A program made the position numbers and the translations under genes. Below the pieces are notes generated by a model, which was not told where the DNA came from, made no database searches, and was given only the letters and a program-made list of their open reading frames with translations. A stretch of 39,502 nt of DNA, taken from the NCBI RefSeq assembly GCF_001194135.2, contig NC_069002.1:19444486-19483987 (forward strand), written 5' to 3'. This DNA is from Octopus bimaculoides. Its lineage: Eukaryota. Below, piece after piece: positions 1 through 12,203 of the stretch (positions within the stretch are counted from its first letter, which is position 1; every line of letters begins with the position of its first letter).

Positions 1-55
<55 letters not shown>

Positions 56-87
56 CGTATGTGTGTGTGTGAATGTGTGTGTGTTGA

Positions 88-118
<31 letters not shown>

Positions 119-240
119 AACAGAGAGACAGAGAGAAAGAAAGACAGTGTGCGTGTGCCTGTATGTTTATGTGTGGGTTGATGAGTTACTGTGTGTGTAT
201 GTGTGAATGTGTGTGTGTGTATGTGTGTGTGTGTGTGTGT
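1..240. repeat. (GT)n/(GA)n compound microsatellite
   Basis: Direct reading of dinucleotide arrays; the overlapping ORFs (CVCV/RERE) are artefacts. Confidence 0.97.
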
Positions 241-421
241 GTTAAGTTTATTCACACAGAATTCTTGCTCATGACTCCGGTTTCAAGCCTCAACAGTCAT
301 CACTGTGGCGTGAAAGCCCAACCATGACAAAGGAATTCCTTTCGAGTGAACCACATAGTTTTACATTATACGCTCTCTTCTTCATTCTATAGGAAAGAGG
401 GACATCGGAACAAACATGCAT

Positions 422-436
422 ACATATATTTTTTAA

Positions 437-485
<49 letters not shown>

Positions 486-757
486 TATAATTAAGATTCA
501 GTTGAAATAGGTACTTAAATTGAAGCACCTTNNNNNNNNNNNNNNNNNNNNNNNNNNNNNNNNNNNNNNNNNNNNNNNNNNNNNNNNNNNNNNNNNNNNN
601 NNNNNNNNNNNNNNNNNNNNNNNNNNNNNNNNNNNNNNNNNNNNNNNNNNNNNNNNNNNNNNNNNNNNNNNNNNNNNNNNNNNNNNNNNNNNNNNNNNNN
701 NNNNNNNNNNNNNNNNNNNNNNNNNNNNNNNNNNNNNNNNNNNNNNNNNNNNNNNNN

Positions 758-808
<51 letters not shown>

Positions 809-852
809 TATAATTAAGATTCAGTTGAAATAGGTACTTAAATTGAAGCACC
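422..852. repeat. (TA)n arrays flanking an N gap, with about 54 bp of identical sequence on both sides of the gap
   Basis: tacatatatataattaagattcagttgaaataggtacttaaattgaagcacctt occurs at about 478-531 and again at about 801-853. Confidence 0.9.
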
Positions 853-1108
853 TTGCTAGATCAGTATAATCCGTACACCCATGCAATGTTAATTGAATAT
901 TGAATATCAAGACTCCATGCAGGGGTGTTTTTACCTAATATTCTTGCAGTGTGTGCAGACAAGACAACCTAGCTAAGTGAAGATATCCACTCTTGCTAAT
1001 TCAGACATGCACTTTTTATAAAGTTACTTTCTATAGTATTTCCAAAGTGCAGATTCCAAGTGAGGTGAACAGAATATAAATAAGTAACAAAGATGAACAG
1101 GTGTCAAT

Positions 1109-1191
1109 TCATTATGGTCATTTCAAGCGGCCCCTTTAATTGTTTGTTGAAAACGTTACATCAATTGAAAGAAACCGTTCTCGTCAGATGA
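1109..1191 (-). ncRNA. Type-I hammerhead ribozyme motif (PLE-type), slightly degenerate
   Basis: Minus strand reads UCAU-CUGACGA-[long stem II]-GAAA-UGACCA-U-A-AUGA. Stem I UCAU/AUGA is perfect; the stem III hexamer is one base from a palindrome. Confidence 0.65.
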
Positions 1192-2117
1192 TCGCATAGA
1201 CTTCAAATGTAAAGGATATAACCATTTTAAAAAACATATTTACATCAATAATGGAACTCAAATTATTTACATTGTTTCTTTTATTATATTTGGCATGCAG
1301 AGAATAGTTCTTTTTATTGCTTTAAAACATATTATGTATTTCTATTCATATGATAATTTAATTCTGTCATACATCCATTATAAAATGTTTTTATCATGAT
1401 CTTCTAAACACTATGCTTAGGAAAAGTCTTAATAGTTTTTCTTATATATTAAAGTATCCTATTAGTAGGTCTTAAATTTAATTTCTAACAATGTTCTATT
1501 GATTTAAATTTCCTCTATTTAATATCATAAATTTGCTAAGTTATAAATTACTACTTCCCGTATGCATCAATTCTAATTTCCACTCCTAAAGTTTATATTC
1601 CTTATCTCTTTTGGTTTTTCATTACATCATCCTTTATTTGATAATCAAAATAAGTATTGACCACCCGTATCCTTCCTTCTTCCATTTATCACCCCTTTCC
1701 CACCAAACATTCCCTTACTAATAACTCTGTAGCCTACCCTTCTGTGTAGATAGAGCTAGGGATATGGTTCCAATACATTGAGAATCTAGTAGATTGTCTG
1801 ACAATAATTGATTTACCACCATTAACTAGAATACAGTTGACAACTCCCAATGGATTTAATTCTAAATAGATGAAGACGTCATTCTGCATAAAATCTCCTA
1901 AATATATGTAACTAGGTCTCCACTCTTTTTATCGTAATTCCCACTATTTCCTATGCTATACTCTAAATTACGGTAGGCTTGATGTGGTATGCCTTATTTT
2001 CTAAAATCATTCTGCCACAGATATAACAAAAGAAACAATGTAAATATTTTGAGTTCCATTAATGATGTAAATATGTTTTTAAAATGGTTATATTCTTCAT
2101 GTTTGAAGTCTATGCGG

Positions 2118-2201
2118 TCGTCTGATGAGAACGGTTTCTATCAAATTGATGTAATGTTTTCATTAATCAATCAAAGGAGCCGCTTGAAACGGCCGTAATG
2201 A
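2118..2201 (+). ncRNA. Type-I hammerhead ribozyme motif (PLE-type, palindromic stem III)
   Basis: UCGU-CUGAUGA(2122-2128)-GAACGGUUUCU...AGGAGCCGCUU-GAAA(2186-2189)-CGGCCG-U-A-AUGA. ACGGCCGU is a perfect palindrome. Confidence 0.72.
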
Positions 2202-2603
2202 ATTACAGCTTTGTTGCTTATATATNNNNNNNNNNNNNNNNNNNNNNNNNNNNNNNNNNNNNNNNNNNNNNNNNNNNNNNNNNNNNNNNNNNNNNNNNNN
2301 NNNNNNNNNNNNNNNNNNNNNNNNNNNNNNNNNNNNNNNNNNNNNNNNNNNNNNNNNNNNNNNNNNNNNNNNNNNNNNNNNNNNNNNNNNNNNNNNNNNN
2401 NNNNNNNNNNNNNNNNNNNNNNNNNNNNNNNNNNNNNNNNNNNNNNNNNNNNNNNNNNNNNNNNNNNNNNNNNNNNNNNNNNNNNNNNNNNNNNNNNNNN
2501 NNNNNNNNNNNNNNNNNNNNNNNNNNNNNNNNNNNNNNNNNNNNNNNNNNNNNNNNNNNNNNNNNNNNNNNNNNNNNNNNNNNNNNNNNNNNNNNNNNNN
2601 NNN

Positions 2604-2806
2604 TGTGTGTGTGTGTATGTGTGTGTGTATGTGTGTGTGTGTGTGTATGTCCCGTTTTATGTTTTTTTTTCACTTCACTCCTAATCCGCTGACAAAAGCT
2701 GTAACCGATAAGATTACTGATACATGTACACACCATTGCCTGAATCTCTCATCATTCTCTTATACAATCGCACCCACACCAACACACACACACACATACA
2801 CACACA

Positions 2807-2846
<40 letters not shown>

Positions 2847-3070
2847 AACAAACACACACACACACCACTGCATACAGAGCTTTATTACAAAATTTAAATT
2901 ACTCAAAATATTTATAAATACTCACACATATACACATACATTGACAATCACACACACACACACACACACACACACGTACACAAACATACACACACATTGC
3001 CACACACTGACATACGCACACACACACATAACCATATTCACGCTCACATATTATGTCACACACACACACA
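2604..3070. repeat. (GT)n and degenerate (CA)n microsatellite region
   Basis: Direct reading. Confidence 0.9.
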
Positions 3071-3406
3071 CATCTATCAGCGACGGTCACACTTCACCTT
3101 CTAATTTATTGTCATAATTAAGAATTAAAAGATACAAAAATAAAAGTAATAAACCATTGGCTAATTAGATGTGATTCAAACACCTATCTCCTTCTGTTCG
3201 TTGTTGTTGCTGTTGCTGTTAAAGTTCCATTTTCTGGCGGTGGAGGGGGAGCAACAACAACGCTAAGAATTACATCAAAAACAACAAACAATTAAAACAA
3301 AAAACAACCAATAACAACGGTATAATTTTGACAAATGAAATTAACGCACGTACGCAGGCACGCACGAACACACACATATCTAACAATTAATACATACATA
3401 CATACA

Positions 3407-3442
<36 letters not shown>

Positions 3443-3849
3443 TATATGCCGTGGATACGAACCGTTGACCAAGTAATTCTGGACTTACATTGACACGTAA
3501 GGTATATACACATCACGAAACTCCGTGTATGGAAAGCAAATAGAGAAAACATAACATTTTGCTGCTGAATTTTGGCGTATATTCTGAAGACTTGGTGATG
3601 TGAAATTGGAGGATGTGTCTCTGTTAAGTTTTTCGAAAACATTTAATTCAATTTGGCACATAGTTTCATAATTACATTGGAGTCAGTGTCGTTTTATCTT
3701 TCGTCACTGTTTTCCCTTTTTGAAGTTGGAGAATTTTATTTTTTTCCAAGTGCGTCTGTTTGTAAACTGAAAAAGAAACTTGTTGAAAGTGAGTGGACTT
3801 GAGCGAATTTGGATATCATATCTCTGTTACAATTGTTGCTCTGTTGTTA

Positions 3850-3953
3850 TACATACATACATACATACATTCATACATATATACGTACATACATACATAC
3901 GTACGTACATACATACATACGTACGTACATACATACATATTCTCCCTTTCTCT

Positions 3954-3999
<46 letters not shown>

Positions 4000-4035
4000 C
4001 ACACACACACAGACACACACACACACACACACGCG
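3850..4035. repeat. Compound microsatellite (TACA)n-(CT)n-(CA)n
   Basis: Direct reading; another (TACA)n lies at 3390-3445. Confidence 0.95.
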
Positions 4036-4969
4036 CATACAATGTTGTACCAAATTATACCAAAAGTAACACCAAACGTCTAAGAATATTAACACAAACA
4101 TTCAAACTGACTTTGTTAAATTAAAATTTACGTCTTACTATCTCAACGCATCGTTATTTGAGAAAGAACTGAAAAAGNNNNNNNNNNNNNNNNNNNNNNN
4201 NNNNNNNNNNNNNNNNNNNNNNNNNNNNNNNNNNNNNNNNNNNNNNNNNNNNNNNNNNNNNNNNNNNNNNNNNNNNNNNNNNNNNNNNNNNNNNNNNNNN
4301 NNNNNNNNNNNNNNNNNNNNNNNNNNNNNNNNNNNNNNNNNNNNNNNNNNNNNNNNNNNNNNNNNNNNNNNNNNNNNNNNNNNNNNNNNNNNNNNNNNNN
4401 NNNNNNNNNNNNNNNNNNNNNNNNNNNNNNNNNNNNNNNNNNNNNNNNNNNNNNNNNNNNNNNNNNNNNNNNNNNNNNNNNNNNNNNNNNNNNNNNNNNN
4501 NNNNNNNNNNNNNNNNNNNNNNNNNNNNNNNNNNNNNNNNNNNNNNNNNNNNNNNNNNNNNNNNNNNNNNNNNNNNNNNNNNNNNNNNNNNNNNNNNNNN
4601 NNNNNNNNNNNNNNNNNNNNNNNNNNNNNNNNNNNNNNNNNNNNNNNNNNNNNNNNNNNNNNNNNNNNNNNNNNNNNNNNNNNNNNNNNNNNNNNNNNNN
4701 NNNNNNNNNNNNNNNNNNNNNNNNNNNNNNNNNNNNNNNNNNNNNNNNNNNNNNNNNNNNNNNNNNNNNNNNNNNNNNNNNNNNNNNNNNNNNNNNNNNN
4801 NNNNNNNNNNNNNNNNNNNNNNNNNNNNNNNNNNNNNNNNNNNNNNNNNNNNNNNNNNNNNNNNNNNNNNNNNNNNNNNNNNNNNNNNNNNNNNNNNNNN
4901 NNNNNNNNNNNNNNNNNNNNNNNNNNNNNNNNNNNNNNNNNNNNNNNNNNNNNNNNNNNNNNNNNNNAA

Positions 4970-5051
4970 TACCACCAACACCGCCGCCACCACTACACCC
5001 ACCACCAGCACCACCACCAACAACGGCGACGACGACGACAACAACAACAAC

Positions 5052-5133
<82 letters not shown>

Positions 5134-5150
5134 CAGCAACAACAACAATA
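4970..5150. repeat. Trinucleotide arrays (CAC/GAC/CAA)n-(AAT)n
   Basis: Direct reading; (ATC)n/(GTC)n also occurs at 5295-5370. Confidence 0.95.
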
Positions 5151-5293
5151 AAATAAAAAATTAAAGTAAATAACAGACATTGAATCAGTAAGAGACTTGG
5201 AGCGCAACAACGTTAACAACAAAGCAACAACAACAGTTACAACATGCAATTTGATATTCGAAGGTAAGTTTCTTTTAACGCCAGCTACAAACT

Positions 5294-5330
<37 letters not shown>

Positions 5331-5389
5331 GTCGTCGTCGTCGTCGTCGTCGTCATCATCATCATCATTATAATCGGCAAACATTTTCT

Positions 5390-5585
5390 TAGATTGTCGG
5401 ATAAACTGCTTTGCTTTATTTACTCCGGCTTTTTAACGTTCTGCTTCCAAATCCCATGTAACCAGCTTTCGCTCTCATCCGTTCTCGGCCGATAAAATAT
5501 AGCACCACTCAAGTGCTGGTATCAACAGTATCAATTAGTTCCTCTCTCCTCAAAAGTGCTGGCCTTGTGCCTGAATGAGAAACTT
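5390..5585 (+). mobile_element. Degenerate SINE family B copy, in tandem with the next copy
   Basis: Shares acgttct..aaatc, gataaaat..agcacca and gctggccttgtgcct with the copy at 5587-5790. Confidence 0.6.
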
Positions 5586-5586
5586 A

Positions 5587-5790
5587 GGGAGGTGAGCTGG
5601 AAGATCGTTGGTGCGTCGAACAAACTGCTTAGCGGTATTTCTTGTGGCCCTTTACGTCTTAATTTCAAATACAATCGAGATTGACTTTGCCTTTCGTCCT
5701 CTCCGCGTCGATAAATTAAGTACCAGTTGAATACTGGGGTCGATGTGATCGACTAGTCTCCTTCTATAACATTTCTGGCCTTGTGCCTAT
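5587..5790 (+). mobile_element. tRNA-derived SINE family B
   Basis: ggaggtgagctgg head; gactttgcctttc..tcgataaattaagtaccagtt..ctggggtcgatgtgatcgact..ggccttgtgcct body, repeated at several loci in this window. Confidence 0.85.
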
Positions 5791-5836
5791 AATAGAAAAT
5801 AGTATTATTATTGATTATTATTGTTATTATTATTAT

Positions 5837-7928
5837 TTTATGTTTCACTTTTGCTTTGCATTTGTACAAGTTGGATCCAAGTCTCACCCAGAGACCTCAA
5901 GAGACAACAAGTTAGAAGTTCATGTAGGTGTTATGCCTAGGGTACCATATATTTGAATTTGTACAGTGTTGTTCTAGAGAATGTTTTAAAATTTGAGATC
6001 ACATAGACAGTATTTTACGTAGGATATGGGCAGTTCTCATGAGCACTATCTTTTGAACTTCAGCCACTTTGGGGTTTCCTGGTATCTGAGCTAGGTAGNN
6101 NNNNNNNNNNNNNNNNNNNNNNNNNNNNNNNNNNNNNNNNNNNNNNNNNNNNNNNNNNNNNNNNNNNNNNNNNNNNNNNNNNNNNNNNNNNNNNNNNNNN
6201 NNNNNNNNNNNNNNNNNNNNNNNNNNNNNNNNNNNNNNNNNNNNNNNNNNNNNNNNNNNNNNNNNNNNNNNNNNNNNNNNNNNNNNNNNNNNNNNNNNNN
6301 NNNNNNNNNNNNNNNNNNNNNNNNNNNNNNNNNNNNNNNNNNNNNNNNNNNNNNNNNNNNNNNNNNNNNNNNNNNNNNNNNNNNNNNNNNNNNNNNNNNN
6401 NNNNNNNNNNNNNNNNNNNNNNNNNNNNNNNNNNNNNNNNNNNNNNNNNNNNNNNNNNNNNNGTGGTGTGATCATTTTCAAGTACTGGGGGTGGTTTGTG
6501 TTCCCACCAGTTTTTATTATGGGGCAAGTCCAGGTTTTTGCAAATTATCCAGTGAATATATTGTGCAGCTCTATCATGCCTGTTGAGATACTCTGTAGGC
6601 GCAAGCAAACTGCACATGGAGACAACATGATCGATGGTCTCATTTTGTTGTTGGCATATACGACATAATGGGGAGCTGCCGTTCTTTAATATGTTGGCCT
6701 GGTAGTTCTTTGTAAGTAGTCATTGATTTTGGGCTGCTATGATAAACCCCTCTGTTTCTGATTTCAAGCCAGAGGCCATTAGCCATTGATGGGTAAGGGC
6801 TTTGTCAATATCTGCATTATTCGCTCTCTTTGGGTATTTGCCATTGAGAGGTTTTCCATGACATTTATTAGTCATAATATCTAAGGCAACAATTTTAGCA
6901 CGGGTTTTCGAGTGCTTAGCTTTTTCTACGGGTGTTTCTAGTTCGTCTAATTCTTGGATTTGTTGTAATTGGAATTCACTTAGATATTCCTTTTGTTACT
7001 GAGTAAGATGCTTTCTTGCTTTCTTGCTTTCTTGAGACAAGTTTTAGCATCCAGTCCTCAGAGTTTTTCAGATAGGTGTCTAGGCCAATTGTGGCTACCT
7101 TCATTGTTAATGCCAGCTGTAGAAGTCCACGGCCTCCCTCTTTTCTCGGCAGATAAAGACGTTCTATATCTACCTTAGGGTGGTGCATTCTATGCATTGT
7201 CAACAGTTTTCGTATTTTTCTGTCAACATTACATATTTCAGTAATTGACCAGTTAACGAAATTGAAACTGTAAGTCACGACTGGTATGGCTAGACCATTG
7301 ATCGCTTTGATCCTGTTTCTTGCGTTTAGCTCTGTCTTCAGTATTGCTCTCACCCTGCGATAACATTCTCTTCTGATCCTTTCCCTCATCACTGAATGCT
7401 TAATATTGTCCCTTTCAATTACCCCTAGGTATTTGTAGTTCTCCGCTGGTTCTAACTCTTTTATGACATTTTGCTGATCAAAGTTCACATTAGATGTTTT
7501 TGTCATTTTTCCTTTGATAAAGGTAGCTTTTGCACATTTATCAAGGCCAAATTGCATCCTGATGTCATCACTGAATTGTTTAACAATCGCTAGTCACCCT
7601 GGAAAATGCCACACGAAATTCTTACATCTCCAGCATTTAGAGATTCATTGTCATTGTTCAACGTCAGTGTGGTTCTCCATGATCTAATACTTACAGATAA
7701 AACGTTTCGCAGAGTAGGAGCTATTTTATACATTTCCAGACATTTCCTAATCCAGCTATGTGGTAGGCTATCAAAAGCCTTTTTATAGTCTATCCAGGCT
7801 ATTGACAAGTTTTTGTGTCGCTTGTGACAATCCTCTAAGATCATCTTATTGATGAGTAACTGATCTTTACAACCATAAGATCCACGTTTACATCCCTTTT
7901 GCTCATTAGGAAATATGCTACTTTCTAT

Positions 7929-7930
<2 letters not shown>
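5837..7930 (-). mobile_element. R4/Dong-like non-LTR retrotransposon (family A), 5'-truncated: RT plus restriction-like endonuclease region and 3' UTR, flanked by (TAA)n
   Basis: RT motifs [49 protein letters not shown]; C-terminal RHD..IHW..C and PGNPKVAEVQKIVL; (ATT)n at both ends. Clade assignment is from recalled motif style. Confidence 0.88.
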
Positions 7931-7959
<29 letters not shown>

Positions 7960-8211
7960 TTAATATTATTATTAATATTATTATTGGTGTTAGTCTGGCC
8001 AGTTTGTAGACTCAGAGCTTCGGGAATACTCAGATAATATTTACTTCGGTTGTCAACATGCTGAATTCAGTTCTAACTCTGGTAAACGTTCCTGTTTTTG
8101 TTTTTGCCTTCTCTTTTTCCGTCGTTTCAAATTCATTAAAATATCAACAAGTTTCCGATTGCGATTCCTCTCTCTCTCTCTCTTTCTTCCTCTTTTTTCC
8201 TCATTTCCTCT

Positions 8212-8320
8212 CCCACTCTCTCTCTCTCCCACTCTCTCTCTCTCCCACTCTCTCTCTCTCCCACTCTCTCTCTCTCCCACTCTCTCTCTCTCCCACTCTC
8301 TCTCTCTCCCACTCTCTCTA
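8212..8320. repeat. Seven tandem 16-bp units CCCA(CT)6
   Basis: CCCA starts at 8212, 8228, 8244, 8260, 8276, 8292 and 8308. Confidence 0.92.
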
Positions 8321-9964
8321 CCCCACTTCCGTTCTCCCTTCTTCTTCCCTTTATGGTTTTCTTGAAATTATATCTATGAGTGAAAGGTCTCACATTGTCA
8401 ATTTGGACCCCAATAATGCGGCCTAAAGACTGCATTAGAAGTACAACTGTCTGCGCAATACGCAAACATTTACAAAGTAATTTCATGAGTAAAAATTGAC
8501 TTGTTTACACAAATGAATTTCTAAAGAGAGAGTGAGAGAGTTTCCATCTCCTGGGTTTGCTGTCTTTCTGGCCATTTTTAACTTCACTCCTCACTACTCG
8601 TGAGAAATGGCTCTCTCACTGTCTTTCATTTACACACGTACACACACGCACGTGCATACGCATGCATGTGGGGAAGATAACTATTTTTCCACGAGAGCAG
8701 TAATGTAAGGAAATTCAGTTGAAAGTGCACTTAGAGTTTTTGGGAAAATTTATTTTATATTAATATTTTACCGGTTTCACAATCTCAAGATTTTGAAAGA
8801 TACTAAACTTTGAAGCCAGTAATTGTAATATTTGATTTACCTTATGAGGGTCATTACACCAATAAGGAATACACGCGCCGGTTCTGTCTTGCTTCTTCTA
8901 TTGAAATTAGTTAAGTAGTTTATACAGTTAATTATTTTATTTTTTTTGTCAGAGTCCTTTTCTTCCTCTCGTGCTACCCCTTGTTCCCGATCCGGTCAGA
9001 ATGAATAACCCGAACAGCTAGATCGAAATAGCACCCCCAATTTTCCCTCACCTTATACACTACTATCGTAAAACCAAGTTTGTACAATTCGGACGATGAA
9101 CTTCAAGATATACGACCTTTTCTGAAAGCGAAACATAACAGGACACTGGAAAGCATCATCGCCTTCTGGTGGATCAGAGCTGACCTGGGGCTAAACAAAA
9201 GAACAACAACATCTTCATCATTATCGTTGTCGTCGTCGTCGTCATCATCATCATCATCATCATCATCAACAATAACAACAGCAGCAGCTCTACTCATTTA
9301 CACACCTTTACTTTTGTTAATTATTTACACACCTTTCCCTTTGTTAATTAAAACATTTTCGTCTGAAGCAAAATTTCAAAGGACCAGATTTTTACAATTT
9401 ACTTTGTTGATAGCCAAGAGCCTGCTTAGCAAGTTGTAGGTGGGAGTAGTAGTAGTAGTAGTAGTGATGTTGTTTGTGGTTGCAGTCATAGTAATAAAGT
9501 CGATGGTGTTAATGGTGGTAACTGGTGGTTGTGGTGGTTGCCGTTGTAGTGGTTGGTATAGCAATAAGGACAGTGATGGTTGTGGCTGTAGTGTTTGTGG
9601 TGGTGACGATTGCTTAGAGTGTATTAAACGTAGTGTTGGTTGTAGTGTTGGTTGCTGCTATTGTTGTAGTATCGTGAGTCAGTGCTGATTGGACTAATCT
9701 TGTAATGAATGCCGTTCCAGCCACGACCAACGCATGTTTTCTCCTCTATGCTGGGCACTCAGTTATGCATTATCAAGCATGTCCACTTTTAAGATCAGCC
9801 TAACCCACAAGGCCACATGTCCTCAGGCAACTTGGAGTCATCCAATCTTGAAACGTTTGATCCATTGACCCTTATTATTTTTGCAACAACCAATAACCAA
9901 ACGATTGCTCAGTTCGCTGGGGAAGTAATAAGAATGGATTCTGACTGAAGAGCAAGGGAAGCAG

Positions 9965-10148
9965 CTTTGAGGGGAGGGGATTAGTCGATACCAGTCACCC
10001 CAATGCTTGTCTGGTGTTTTACTTTATCGACCCCATAGTGATGAAAGACAAAGCTCCTCTCGGCAGGATTTGAGTTAAGACAGTAAAGATCTAGAACTAA
10101 TACCGCAAAACTATTTTTCCGAAGTGCTAATGATTGTGGTCATTCACA
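9965..10148 (-). mobile_element. SINE family B, diverged
   Basis: Reverse complement of the family B body (ttagtcgat..tttatcgacccc..gatgaaagacaaag..gatttgagt..gtgctaatgatt). Confidence 0.75.
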
Positions 10149-10155
10149 TCTCTTA

Positions 10156-10157
<2 letters not shown>

Positions 10158-10226
<69 letters not shown>

Positions 10227-10233
10227 TCTCTTA

Positions 10234-10264
<31 letters not shown>

Positions 10265-10278
10265 TATTATTATTATTA
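10158..10278. repeat. (AAT)n/(ATT)n array with an internal duplication of atctcttaatat
   Basis: Direct reading. Further (AAT)n arrays at 10778-10868, 12120-12203 and 12891-12935 separate the mobile elements. Confidence 0.95.
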
Positions 10279-10776
10279 TGTTATCGTACATTATTTTGTC
10301 TTAGTATAAAAGGTTGTCGACAGCAAATTTTCTGCTCAACACCACAGATTTGCTTGTCAGTTGTTTGACCTTAAACAGCTGAGCATATCCCTTGGTGGCT
10401 GACGATATGTGCATCTCTGATCACGAGCAGAAGTAGTGCGGGTGGCATCATAGCCATGTGTTGAGAGGAATTCTTTGGGATTTGGATAATTCACCTCTGG
10501 AAACATGGGTGTTTCGTTCAACATCCTTAAACAAACCTTATTCACGGACCTTTTGAGCGTGATGGGCTACTCAACCCGAAGAAAATTCTAACTGGGCCTC
10601 ACCTGCAAGATCATGCGCTGGTAGTCTTGATATGAGATCACCATGTTGCGCACATATAGTTGTAATGCGTGTGCCTGGTGTACTCTTATCAGACGGGTAG
10701 TCATGGTGGGTATACTGGGTTTCGTATATTTTACTCCAGTGTCATTTTAATGTCAGGCACTGCTTCCTCACTCAAT
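10279..10776. mobile_element. ~500-bp non-coding interspersed element bounded by TAA-type microsatellites
   Basis: Complex, higher-GC block with sharp boundaries against (ATT)n and (AAT)n and no credible ORF. I recall similar sequence as a frequent octopus repeat, but this is unverified. Confidence 0.5.
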
Positions 10777-10777
10777 C

Positions 10778-10844
<67 letters not shown>

Positions 10845-10868
10845 TAATAATAATAATAATAATAATAA

Positions 10869-12119
10869 CGCATAGAATGCATCACCCTAAGGCAGATATA
10901 GAACGACTTTATCTGCCAAGAAAAGAAGGTGGTCGCAGACTTTTTCAACTAGAATTAACAATGAAGATTGCCAAAATTGGCCTAGACTCCTACCTGAGAA
11001 AATTCTGAGGACTGGATGGTAAAACTTGTCTTAAAGCACGAAAACAAGAAAGCATCATACACAGTAATAAAATAGCCAAAGGAAAATCTACTAGAAACAA
11101 GCACAGAAAAAGCTAAGCGTATGAAAACTCGTTTAAAACTGCTGCCTTACATATTCTGACTGATAAATGGCAAGAAAAACATCTCAATGGCAAATACCTA
11201 AAGAGAGCTAATAGTGCTGATGTTGACAAGGCCTCTTCCCATCAATGGTTATTGTCTTCTGGCTTAAAATTATAAACGGGAGTGTTTGTCATAGCAGCCC
11301 AAGATCAATGCCTACCTACAAGAAACTACCGGGCCAACATATTAAAGAATAGCGGTGGCCCAAGATGTCAATTATGTCAACAACAAAATGAAACCATTGA
11401 TCATGTTGTCTCCATGCGCAGTCTTCTTGCACCTACAGAGTATCTCAACAGGCATGATAGAGCAGCAGAATATATTCGCTGGGTAATTTGCAAAAAACTG
11501 GATCTACCCCATAATAAAAACTGATGGGAACACAAATCACCTCCAGTGGTTGAAAATGGTCACATTTCATTCCTCTGGAATTTCACTATTCAAACTAACA
11601 GAAAGATAGATTCAAATAGGCCAGACCTCATATTGAAAGACTTCAGACAAAAGTCATTCCTCCTCATTGATATGACTCTCCCAATCAATATAAATGTATC
11701 TGTCAAGACCTACCACAAACTGACCAAGTATGAAGATCTTGAAATAGAAATTGGCAAAATGCGGAACCTGAAGATTAAAACAATACCTGTTGTCATTGGT
11801 GTCCTAGGAATAATAGCAACAGGGGCTGATTGCTACCTAGCTCAGATACCAGGAAACCTCAAAACAGCAGAAATTCAAAAGATAGTGCTCATAGGAACTA
11901 TCCATATCCTACGTAAATAACTGTCTATGTAATCTCAAATTTTACAACAAACACATAATTTTCTTGTTTTCTTAAACATTTTCTAGAACAATATTATGTG
12001 CAAAACTAAATAAATGGCATCCTAGGCATAACACCAACATAACTTCTAACTTGTTCTTCTTGAGGTCTATGGGTGAGACTTGGAGCCAACTTGTATAAAT
12101 ACAAAGCAAACGTCAAACA

Positions 12120-12120
<1 letters not shown>
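10869..12120 (+). mobile_element. R4/Dong-like LINE family A, second copy (thumb, CCHC, RLE endonuclease, 3' UTR), frameshifted
   Basis: HRMHHPKADIERLYLPRKEGGR; AAQDQCLPTRNY; CQLC..ETIDHV; WNFTIQTNRKIDSNRPDLIL; IPVVIGVLG. The 3' UTR matches 5837-6000 in reverse. (AAT)n lies on both sides. Confidence 0.9.
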
Positions 12121-12179
<59 letters not shown>

Positions 12180-12203
12180 TATTATTATTATAATAATAAT
12201 AAT

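Larger units (their letters stand above)
1081..2220 (+). mobile_element. Penelope-like element 3' remnant with an inverted copy of its terminal ~210 bp (inverted pseudo-LTR arrangement)
   Basis: 1081-1295 is a diverged reverse complement (roughly 80-85% by eye) of 2013-2220. Both arms carry a hammerhead motif. The pyrimidine-rich interior resembles the 3' region of the PLE at 28765-30550. No ORF is retained. Confidence 0.65.

Noticed and set aside
478-853. Identical ~54-bp sequence on both sides of an N gap, resembling a direct repeat or TSD
   Set aside because: Typical scaffolding overlap around a collapsed (TA)n array; most likely an assembly artefact.
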